Shown here one piece after another: positions 1-10,312 of a DNA stretch of 40,000 bases (its first letter is position 1; each line of letters begins with the position of its first letter). The stretch covers positions 12,479 to 52,478 of the forward strand of contig JBBPCA010000011.1 in the NCBI GenBank assembly GCA_038009385.1, in the 5' to 3' direction. A program made the translations under genes and the position numbers. A model generated the notes under the pieces. That model was not told the DNA's origin, did not search any database, and was given only the letters and a program-made list of their open reading frames with translations. This DNA is from Hydrogenobacter sp. RSW1 (lineage in GTDB: Bacteria > Aquificota > Aquificia > Aquificales > Aquificaceae).

Positions 1-854
1 TCAGCTATGTCCTTTACCTTTTCCAAAAAAGGTCCAAAAAGCACAGGTTTGCGATGATAGGCAGGTTCTAAAAGATTATGTCCTCCTATATTCACAAGCG
101 TCCCACCAACAAAAGCTACATCCGCAAGAGAATATATCCCAAATAGTTCTCCTAAAGTATCAATCACCAGCACATCCCACTCTTCTTCCTTACTGGTTTT
201 AAGAGCACATTTAAAACCTTTAAATTTTTTCACCACCTCCTTAGCTCTTGAAACATGGCGAGGAGCTATTAAAAGCTTAAGGTCAGGAAAGATTTTTTTT
301 AATTCTCCAAAGGCTTCAAGAAGGATCTCCTCTTCTCCTCTATGAGTGCTACCCGCAACAAAGAATTTAGAGCCATTTTTCTGAATATCCAAGTGTTTTT
401 CCTGTGGGTTTTCAAAGATAAACTTTAGATTACCGCAACTTACCACTTGTTTGCATCCGTAGGACTCAAACCTCTCTTTGTCTCTTTCCGTTTTGGTAAC
501 GATAAGGTTAAACTTTTTACTCATAAATCGCTCGTATATGCCACCCTTTGCGTAAGCGTTAAGTAAAGCTTTTTTTGCTTTTGTAAAATGGATAAGAAAG
601 GGCCAAAACTCTCTTTCCACTATAAAAAGCATCTGTGCGGATATGCGTTTCTCAAAGTGCCTTACAGTAAAAGGTGTATCTAAAGGTAGTCTTTCTAAAG
701 TATGATAATATTGAGCTTGCTGACTTAAGTAGTTTTTAGCTCTTGGTGAAAAGTAGGTAAGGACTATGGTGTGTTCTTTTATAAGCTCTTTGAGAATAGG
801 TTTCACTGTGTTGAACTCTCCTACGCTGGCTACATGAAACCAAAGGGTTTTCAT
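1..854 (-). CDS. waaA: 3-deoxy-D-manno-octulosonic acid (Kdo) transferase, N-terminal ~284 codons; C-terminus lies beyond the window edge
   Basis: Absent from the ORF track because there is no stop inside the window. My own translation of the minus strand from ATG 854-852 gives MKTLWFHVASVGEFNTVKPILKEL...FFVAGSTHRGEEEILL...LLIAPRHVSRAKEV...DTLGELFGIYSLADVAFVGGTLVNIGGHNLLEPA. This fits the KdtA/WaaA pattern (HxASVGE near the N-terminus, GGHNxLEPA). ATGA overlap with the stop of the upstream ORF (851-853). Confidence 0.8.
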   Translation of the reverse strand, partial: MKTLWFHVASVGEFNTVKPILKELIKEHTIVLTYFSPRAKNYLSQQAQYYHTLERLPLDTPFTVRHFEKRISAQMLFIVEREFWPFLIHFTKAKKALLNAYAKGGIYERFMSKKFNLIVTKTERDKERFESYGCKQVVSCGNLKFIFENPQEKHLDIQKNGSKFFVAGSTHRGEEEILLEAFGELKKIFPDLKLLIAPRHVSRAKEVVKKFKGFKCALKTSKEEEWDVLVIDTLGELFGIYSLADVAFVGGTLVNIGGHNLLEPAYHRKPVLFGPFLEKVKDIA

Positions 855-1318
855 GTAAAGTTCATGCTTGTTATGTAATCCGCCACTGTGGTTGCTGCAA
901 CAGACCGAGGTTTTACCACAGGCTTTAGCCCTTGAGCTAACACATAACCTATAGCTTCTTTGAGGATCACGCTGGAGTTGTGTTCTGGGTTAGGGTTTAT
1001 ATCCAAGTGCACCTCAAAGGGTCTTTTCCCCACCACATTAGATATCTCAAGAGCCATAAATACTGCTCTGCTGACCTCTTCCATAAGTCTCTGTCTTAAA
1101 GACTTGATCCTGTTTACCTTTTCCACACGCCAGAAGATCTTTGCCCCTCTACAGGAATCTATGTGTACCACTACAACAGTAACAAAAACAGTTTTTTCCC
1201 TTACCTGTCTTGAATCACAGCCCACATAAATAGCAGTATTCTCTGATGTGCCTTTTATGAATTCCTTCACCTCCTCCACATCCTTTATCATAGGCATAAG
1301 CTCAAACCCCTCTGCCAA
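851..1318 (-). CDS. YkuK/DUF458-family protein (RNase H-like fold), function unknown
   Basis: The 155-aa ORF matches the remembered DUF458 pattern: IYVGCDSRQ...TVFVTVVVVHIDSCRGAKIFW...IKSLRQRLMEEV...FEVHLDINPN...VKPRSVAATTVADYIT (vGtDSq / ivih / H-D-i / KP-s-aA-AD). 4-nt overlap with waaA and 17-nt overlap with the upstream ORF. Confidence 0.7.
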   Translation of the reverse strand: MAEGFELMPMIKDVEEVKEFIKGTSENTAIYVGCDSRQVREKTVFVTVVVVHIDSCRGAKIFWRVEKVNRIKSLRQRLMEEVSRAVFMALEISNVVGKRPFEVHLDINPNPEHNSSVILKEAIGYVLAQGLKPVVKPRSVAATTVADYITSMNFT

Positions 1319-1628
1319 AATCTACATCTTTTACCCAAGTAGGTCTAAAAAATACCCAATCTTTTAGGTTTTCAAAGCTTTTTGAATAACACACCTCACA
1401 GATAAGCCCCTTATCCGTCAGCTTGGAATTATCATCACAACACTCGCTTAGATTCCAAAACTCGTAGTTGTCATGGAATATAATTTTTCCGCAGTTAATA
1501 CACTCATAAAGGGTGTAGCCTTTTAACTGAAGAAAAGCGGAGATGTCCTCACCTTCGGGTAGCTCCTCTACCTCAAGTATTCTTTTGAGAAAATCCTTTT
1601 GCTGCTTTGTAAGCTCACTTATCTTCAT
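1302..1628 (-). CDS. Hypothetical Cys-rich (zinc-ribbon-like) protein
   Basis: 108-aa ORF with CINC...CC...CEVC cysteine pairs. It overlaps the downstream YkuK-like gene. I recognise no family. Confidence 0.55.
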   Translation of the reverse strand: MKISELTKQQKDFLKRILEVEELPEGEDISAFLQLKGYTLYECINCGKIIFHDNYEFWNLSECCDDNSKLTDKGLICEVCYSKSFENLKDWVFFRPTWVKDVDFGRGV

Positions 1629-1758
1629 CAGTAAAAATTATACACATACAAAATACCTTGGGTGAGAAATTCAGAAAAGCTGGAAAAATCCTCTGACAAA
1701 GAGCCCCTAGTGGGCAGAGGTTTATAATAACCTCAAATCCCACTAAGGAGGTAGAACA

Positions 1759-1968
1759 ATGAATCACCTTAATAGTTTATACCAACAAGTGCTTTTGTCC
1801 ATCTCCATAGTCTTATCAGACTACGAAAAGCAAGTAAAAGTGGGAAGACCGCCAAAAGTCTCAGACTTACAAATAGCTTGCCTGTATGTCACTATACAGA
1901 AGGAGAATGAACTTGCTAATCTTGATTTTAAGCATCCTATCTGGAAAGGAAATAAAACTGATAGTTGA
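1759..1968 (+). CDS. IS transposase, N-terminal (DNA-binding) part, orfA
   Basis: The 69-aa ORF has GRPPKVSDLQIACLYV, typical of the HTH region of IS5/IS4-type transposases. It overlaps orfB in a different frame (frame 1 versus frame 2). Confidence 0.6.
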   Translation: MNHLNSLYQQVLLSISIVLSDYEKQVKVGRPPKVSDLQIACLYVTIQKENELANLDFKHPIWKGNKTDS

Positions 1969-2476
1969 TGGCACTATTCTAAGAGTTGCAAACATATACA
2001 GTGCACAAACAAGGAAAATAAAGAGAGTTGCTGGAAAGAAATTTTGGGCAAAAAGGAAAAGGAACATCTACAGCTGGGATTACCAAAGGAATGTAAGATT
2101 TGAAGAGGTTCATTATGGGCTTTTGGTAATGATTGTTTGCGATAGGAATGGAGTTGTTTATGACCTGTGGGTTCATCCTGCCAGCTATCACGAAGTGAAG
2201 TCTGTAAGAATAAGGTATCAAAAGAGTTTGTGGTTTAGGGCGCTTGCGGACAGCTTTTGTCCTATGGGTGATAGAGGGTATAGAGGTTTGGAGTATGTGC
2301 ATGTATGTGAGGATAAGCCAGAGAAAAGTGTTAGGCAAGTGGTAGAGGCTGTTAATTCTCAGATAAAGCTTTTCAACGGAGTTAGCAGATGGAGGAATAT
2401 TACGACTTTACTTGCTTACCTTCAGGGTTATACTGTTGGGTATAGTTTTTTCAGGAAGTCTTGGCTGTTTAAATAA
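1886..2476 (+). CDS. IS transposase, DDE catalytic part, orfB
   Basis: Contains LIVDGTIL (first D), MGDRGYRG (second D) and RQVVEAVNSQIK (R-x3-E-x6-K signature of IS4/IS5 DDE_Tnp_1 transposases). The frame is open from 1874, so a frame change within 1874-1968 would fuse orfA and orfB. Confidence 0.75.
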   Translation: MSLYRRRMNLLILILSILSGKEIKLIVDGTILRVANIYSAQTRKIKRVAGKKFWAKRKRNIYSWDYQRNVRFEEVHYGLLVMIVCDRNGVVYDLWVHPASYHEVKSVRIRYQKSLWFRALADSFCPMGDRGYRGLEYVHVCEDKPEKSVRQVVEAVNSQIKLFNGVSRWRNITTLLAYLQGYTVGYSFFRKSWLFK

Positions 2477-2668
2477 TTTCTCACCCGAGGTATAAGTAGA
2501 AAATTAATACAGAGACCCTTAAGTCCGCAACTTGATCACAGAAAAAAGGTTATACTGCCAGTCCTCTCCTTGAAGTGGAAGAATTTTTGAGTGCCCTTCC
2601 TAAGGCTCTAAACCCTAAAATCCCTTTCGTTTATTCTTTGATTTGTTCTTTTCTGGCTCCTCAGGCTA

Positions 2669-3190
2669 CTACTGCATAAACTCTTCAATCCAAGGTTCGT
2701 ACTCCATAACCTGCTGGAAGGTATAAGGACACTCTTTTGGAAAGTCTTCTTCCTTTGGAAACCTGTCAAAGTATTTTTTGGCTAAGTGTTTATTCTCGTC
2801 TTTCTTAAACCAAGTAATTAAGCCATTAACAGCCCTTCTCCAAGCCTTGTACAAACTTTCCCTTTCTTGCGCTATTCTTTTCAACGATGGTATTTCATCA
2901 AAGAGGTCTCTTAGTTCCTTTCTTGCTTCAAGAATGCTGTTTTTCCAACTACTACCCATATACTCATTTTCTCTGAAATGTTCCCACTTGTAGAGATGCT
3001 CCATAATGCGTGTCATATGACCAATCATACCTTCATAGTGTCTTTTAGCCATATCCTCAATCTCCTCTAAGAGGTTCTCCCAATCTACAAGCTCGTATTC
3101 TCTGTTTTTGAGGAGCTTTAGGTTCTCCAGTACCCACAAATAAAAGTCCTTTTCATAAAGCTCTTTAAGGTTTTGGGTTTTTTGTTCCAT
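2669..3190 (-). CDS. DUF29-family protein
   Basis: DFYLWVLENLKLLKNREYELVDWENLLEEIEDMAKRH is the DUF29 N-terminal signature as I remember it. I place the start at the internal ATG 3190 (MEQKTQNLKELYEKDFYLW). The track ORF extends to 3262 but that extension is hydrophobic junk. A TATATT hexamer lies 7 nt upstream of ATG 3190. Confidence 0.65.
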   Translation of the reverse strand: MEQKTQNLKELYEKDFYLWVLENLKLLKNREYELVDWENLLEEIEDMAKRHYEGMIGHMTRIMEHLYKWEHFRENEYMGSSWKNSILEARKELRDLFDEIPSLKRIAQERESLYKAWRRAVNGLITWFKKDENKHLAKKYFDRFPKEEDFPKECPYTFQQVMEYEPWIEEFMQ

Positions 3191-3321
3191 AGGTTTTAAT
3201 ATAAGCCCTGATCTTTCTTGGAGTATTACTCCAAACATGTGAACTAAATTCATTACAAGCATAAACGAAAAATCAAGGTCTTTGGTGAGAGTATTAGTTA
3301 TTCAGGATCAAAACTTACCAC

Positions 3322-4248
3322 TCAGAAAGCCTTACTTGCTTTAAGGCTAACATAATAACCCACACCCATCTGGATACCATTGAGCTTTTGATAGACAGGT
3401 TTGACAAAATCTATACCGATAGTAATACCCTTAATTTTAGCATTTAAACCGACGCCCACATCAACACGCTCACCGCCTTGATAATCTGGTTGAAAGTCTG
3501 GATCCTTGAAGGTAGGATGTTGAGAAAAGAACTCCTTGTTTAATTTATCTTCACCCTTTATCCCACCCCACTTGGAATATCTAACACTTACATTGGGCAC
3601 CAAAAGATCCGATAGCATATATCCGACCCATCCCACCGTGCCAAAAACGTGCCCAAACCTGTAGCCTTCTTTGTTCCTGCCAGTTCTGATGGTTGCGTTA
3701 GCCTGAAGCCCAGCTCCTAACTTGCCGTAGGTGTAAGTGTAAGTTAAGGACGGCAAAAGGTCATAGGTGCCAGAGCCTAATTGCATGCTGTATGCTCGCA
3801 AAGGCACCTCATCTTCATGTATCATATGTACATGAGTTTTATTGGTCTCCCCCGTAGGAAGACTTACACCCATACCAACTATAAGGCTATTGCCACCACC
3901 TTGTGCCACCAAATAATCAGCGGATAAGATGGTATCACCCAGCCCCCTTGAAGCATGATCCGTCTTTCCATCGTGATGAAACATCCTCATCTCCTTGTCC
4001 GTATACTGCACCATACCCATAACTGTCAATTTATCAGTAAGACCATACATTAGCTCCACCATGTGCATCTGCATTTTCATCCAGTCAGAAAACACATGCC
4101 CATGAGCTTTGGGATTGCCAGTTATTTCCTTTATTTTGCTGTTTATGATGCTGGCATCCGTGGGTAATTTGTGAGTGCCTGCATAGTAATTACCCATCCA
4201 CATATACATACACCTGTAAGTTAGCATAAACTGACCTTTTTGCATCAC
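3322..4248 (-). CDS. Outer-membrane beta-barrel protein (MetA-pathway/phenol-degradation-like 'transporter' family), barrel portion; reading frame is disconnected from its signal peptide
   Basis: N-terminal HVMQKGQFMLTYRCMYMWM, GLGDTILSADYLV, alternating beta-strand pattern, and a C-terminal ...YYVSLKASKAF ending in Phe as in OMPs. The track start at 4248 is GTG. The frame stays open upstream to 4287 (LVSPADISRDHV). Confidence 0.7.
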   Translation of the reverse strand: MMQKGQFMLTYRCMYMWMGNYYAGTHKLPTDASIINSKIKEITGNPKAHGHVFSDWMKMQMHMVELMYGLTDKLTVMGMVQYTDKEMRMFHHDGKTDHASRGLGDTILSADYLVAQGGGNSLIVGMGVSLPTGETNKTHVHMIHEDEVPLRAYSMQLGSGTYDLLPSLTYTYTYGKLGAGLQANATIRTGRNKEGYRFGHVFGTVGWVGYMLSDLLVPNVSVRYSKWGGIKGEDKLNKEFFSQHPTFKDPDFQPDYQGGERVDVGVGLNAKIKGITIGIDFVKPVYQKLNGIQMGVGYYVSLKASKAF

Positions 4249-4259
4249 ATGGTCTCTGC

Positions 4260-4385
4260 TTATATCCGCCGGGGAAACAAGGGTGCATTATGGAAGATAC
4301 CATGCTCGTGGGTGTGTACTTCTTGAGATAAGGATAAACCGCATACCGAAAACATTGAGAGACAACAAATATAAGCCTTCTTCAT
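4260..4385 (-). pseudogene. Detached signal-peptide fragment of the downstream OMP gene (41 codons, different frame)
   Basis: My translation from ATG 4385 gives MKKAYICCLSMFSVCGLSLSQEVHTHEHGIFHNAPLFPRRI*. One extra C in the CCC run (plus-strand GGG 4281-4283) would read ...HNAPLVSPADISRDHVMQKGQFML, joining it to the barrel ORF. Confidence 0.6.
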
Positions 4386-4459
4386 CTAATTTAATGTTAT
4401 TTTAGCTCAAGTTAAGCAACAAAGTAAATCTTGCCAAACTGAGCATATAATAAAGAGTT

Positions 4460-5344
4460 ATGGATGAAAGATTTAGAGAATCAGAAGAGGTAAGAAAACC
4501 GGAGGTGGTAGAGGAAAGCATATGGGTGGCCGGAGAAGCGGTAAAGAAAGCTCCCAAAATGTACGGTGTACCTACAGGTGTTGAAGGACTTGATGAGCTT
4601 TTCTTTACCGCAGAAGTTCAGGAAGGTAAGGTAATAAAAAAATCCTTAGGTGGCATACCGGCGTATTCAGTTACAAACATAACGGGCGTTTCTGATACAG
4701 GCAAAACTCTTATAGCGGAACAGTACACTATAACACAGGCAAAAAGAAACGAACCCGTAGCTTTTATAACCGTTGAAGCACCTGCACCTTTTGTGAGCGT
4801 AGGGTTGCGCGAAAGGGCAAAGGCTATGGGTATAGATTTTGAAAGTGTGCAAGATAGAATAATTCTCATAGATGCGGCAAGCCACTCAAAGTTAAGAGAA
4901 AACATCCCAGACTTACTTGCTACCTTAGCGCATGCCATAAAAACCTATAAGATAAGACATGTGGTGATAGACTCGGTTACAGGTTTGTATGAAGCAAAAG
5001 AGATGATGGCAAGGGTAATAGTAAGACAACTTTTTAATTTCATGAAGAAGTGGTACCAAACAGCCATATTTGTATCACAAAAAAGGAGTGGACACGAGGA
5101 ACTAACTGCGGAAGCAGCGGGTGGTTATGCGGTAAGCCATATAGTGGACTGTTCCATGGTGCTTTCTAAGGAACTGATCCTTACTCAGGCACAATCAAAG
5201 ATATACAAAAAACCAGTAGGGGAAATAGTCAGGCTTTTTCGGATAGATGGTTGTAGGCTTTGCGGACACGATACAAGCACACACTTCATGGAGATAACAG
5301 AGCTTGGTCTTGTGAGAATAGGTCCTGTCCTTTCTGCAGGATGA
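4460..5344 (+). CDS. KaiC-like / RecA-superfamily single-domain ATPase
   Basis: VPTGVEGLDELF, then Walker A GVSDTGKT (4685-4708), HVVIDSVTGLYE (Walker B-like) and the KaiC/RadA-like layout. The stop overlaps the next gene's ATG (ATGATGA at 5341-5344). Confidence 0.75.
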   Translation: MDERFRESEEVRKPEVVEESIWVAGEAVKKAPKMYGVPTGVEGLDELFFTAEVQEGKVIKKSLGGIPAYSVTNITGVSDTGKTLIAEQYTITQAKRNEPVAFITVEAPAPFVSVGLRERAKAMGIDFESVQDRIILIDAASHSKLRENIPDLLATLAHAIKTYKIRHVVIDSVTGLYEAKEMMARVIVRQLFNFMKKWYQTAIFVSQKRSGHEELTAEAAGGYAVSHIVDCSMVLSKELILTQAQSKIYKKPVGEIVRLFRIDGCRLCGHDTSTHFMEITELGLVRIGPVLSAG

Positions 5345-6075
5345 TGTACCGCGTAAAAGCCTGTGGGATAACCCATAGAGGGAAGATAAGGGAAAAGAAC
5401 GAGGATGCTTTGCTTATAAACGACAAACTTATTCAGGAAGAGATGATGAGCTCTCCCTTATGTGTAGAGGAAGAAAAGGATTACTTTCTGTTTGCGGTGG
5501 CGGATGGATTGGGAGGGCATGCATGTGGTGAAAGGGCAAGCCTTATGGTCCTTAAGACTCTTATGGAGGAAAAACCCCACTCTGCAGAAAGTATAAATAT
5601 GGCTTTGCATAAAGCAAGAGATAACCTTGAAGCTTTTGCACAACAAAATCCTGATTATTACGGTCTTGGTTCCGCATTAGCTGGTCTGACCCTTACCCAG
5701 AAGGATATCATAGTATTCAATGTGGGGGACTGCAGGGTTTACGGTATAAAGGACAATAAGGCGGAAAAGCTCACTCAAGATCACACAGAGGTAGAAAGAT
5801 TAGTCAAGCTTGGCTACATCACGGAAAATCAGGCCAAACAACATCCCAACAGGCATATACTTACATCTGCACTTATCGGTTCTTCTTCCTTTAGGGAGTT
5901 TGAGGTTTTTATAAAGAGCGTAAAAGACTACAGAAGTTTTCTCATATGCTCTGATGGACTTTGGGAGCTTGTAGAGGATTACGAGCTAACATTACCACCT
6001 TCTGAGCTTATGGGTCTAGCTCTTTCAAGAGCCGCTACAGACAACATAACCCTTGTAAGGGTTGATATCATATGA
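5341..6075 (+). CDS. PP2C-family (PPM) Ser/Thr protein phosphatase
   Basis: HRGKIREKNEDA, FAVADGLGGHACGE, VGDCRVY, LTQDHT, LICSDGLWE and DNITLVRV are the PPM motifs in order. Start moved to ATG 5341, because the track start at 5260 lies inside the upstream gene. Confidence 0.85.
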   Translation: MMYRVKACGITHRGKIREKNEDALLINDKLIQEEMMSSPLCVEEEKDYFLFAVADGLGGHACGERASLMVLKTLMEEKPHSAESINMALHKARDNLEAFAQQNPDYYGLGSALAGLTLTQKDIIVFNVGDCRVYGIKDNKAEKLTQDHTEVERLVKLGYITENQAKQHPNRHILTSALIGSSSFREFEVFIKSVKDYRSFLICSDGLWELVEDYELTLPPSELMGLALSRAATDNITLVRVDII

Positions 6076-7325
6076 GGAGGTTTTTATTAATAACGCTTCT
6101 TTTTGTCATGAGCTGTGCAAAGGCTATTGATTTTAGCTCGCTTATTCTTCCGGAAGATGAAGAAATACGCATAGGGAAAAGCTACATACCTTATGCCATA
6201 GAAGAGAGCGACGGTCTATACCCGGACAAAAGAGTCCAAGAGTATGTCAGAAACATCGGTATGAGTATTGCAAAACATACACCCAGAAGACTACCTTATG
6301 AGTTTTTTGTAGTAAATTCAGAGGCGGTTAACGCCTTTGCACTTCCGGGGGGACCCGTATTTATCACGAGGGGACTTCTGCTTAAGCTAAATAGCGAGAG
6401 TGAGCTTGCAGGAGTGTTGGGACACGAACTTGGTCATATAAACGCAAGACATCATGCAAAGTTTTTAGAAAAGATGTATGCTATAAACCTGCTATTTAAC
6501 ATAAGTTCCGTTCTTTTGGCTGATAAACCTTATGCTCAGGCGCTTTTGCAGTTTGGTCAAGTGGGAGGTCAGCTTTTGGCTCTTAAGTTCAGCAGAGATC
6601 AGGAAAAACAGGCGGATGAACTTGGAGTTGTGTATGTGCTAAAAGCTGGGTATGACCCAAGGGGACTGTTGGGTGTTTTTGAAACTTTTAAAAAGATGGA
6701 AAGGACAAATGTGCCCGAATGGCTCCAAACACACCCTCTTCCTCAAAGTAGAATAGAGGATGTGCAAAGGGAGATAGAAAGCATAAAGCCCTCAGGAAGT
6801 TTCATATACGACACAGATGAGTTCCAAAACATTAAAAAGCTTTTGAAGCAAACAGAAGACTCTTACAGGGAGTTTTACGCAGGCAAGAGAGCTTATCAGC
6901 AGAAGAACTACTCAACGGCTCTCTCTCATTTCACCAGAGCCGTGGAACTTTACCATGATAACTACGAAGCGCACCTTTACATGGCTTACATACTTGCAAA
7001 GGAAGGCAGTACACCACAAGCACTTAGACAGGTTCAGACTGCTTACTCTATAATGCCCGAAGTTTTTTCTACAAACTATGTTTATGGTTTTGTGCTTTTC
7101 AAAATGGAGAAATACTCAGAATCCGTACAAAAACTTGAGAATGCCAGAAGGCTTATACCTGATTATGCAGACACTTACTATTACCTTGGCAGGAACTACG
7201 AAGCCCTAGGGAATATTTCAAAGGCAGTATATCACTACAAAACTGCTTTAGAGTTGTCCCAAGGTAAAGCAGAGTGGTCAAAAGATGCTCAAGAAAGGCT
7301 CAGAAGATTACAAAATATGTGGTAA
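6072..7325 (+). CDS. M48-family zinc metalloprotease with C-terminal TPR repeats, probable lipoprotein (BepA-like)
   Basis: Signal/lipobox MRRFLLITLLFVMSC, HExxH as GHELGHINARH, downstream EKQADELG, and TPR-like repeats in the C-terminal ~150 aa. 4-nt ATGA overlap with the PP2C gene. Confidence 0.85.
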   Translation: MRRFLLITLLFVMSCAKAIDFSSLILPEDEEIRIGKSYIPYAIEESDGLYPDKRVQEYVRNIGMSIAKHTPRRLPYEFFVVNSEAVNAFALPGGPVFITRGLLLKLNSESELAGVLGHELGHINARHHAKFLEKMYAINLLFNISSVLLADKPYAQALLQFGQVGGQLLALKFSRDQEKQADELGVVYVLKAGYDPRGLLGVFETFKKMERTNVPEWLQTHPLPQSRIEDVQREIESIKPSGSFIYDTDEFQNIKKLLKQTEDSYREFYAGKRAYQQKNYSTALSHFTRAVELYHDNYEAHLYMAYILAKEGSTPQALRQVQTAYSIMPEVFSTNYVYGFVLFKMEKYSESVQKLENARRLIPDYADTYYYLGRNYEALGNISKAVYHYKTALELSQGKAEWSKDAQERLRRLQNMW

Positions 7326-7360
7326 AATTTTGAGATGATCTGGATCACAGGAGGTGCGCA

Positions 7361-10262
<2,902 letters not shown>

Positions 10263-10312
10263 AGATAAGAATTTAACGCAAAATAAAAAAAGCGTAATAA
10301 AATAGTCTGTAC

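Larger units (their letters stand above)
1653..2493. mobile_element. Small insertion sequence (~0.84 kb), IS5-family-like (IS427/IS1031-size class), with imperfect terminal inverted repeats
   Basis: Left end ATACCTTGGGTGAGAAATT (1653-1671) matches the reverse complement of the right end AATTTCTCACCCGAGGTAT (2475-2493) at 18/19 positions. If the element proper is 1656-2490, it is flanked by a direct TA (1654-1655 and 2491-2492). It encloses a two-ORF DDE transposase. Confidence 0.75.

Noticed and set aside
960-1229. 89-aa plus-strand ORF
   Set aside because: It is entirely antisense to the well-supported YkuK/DUF458 gene and has no motifs.
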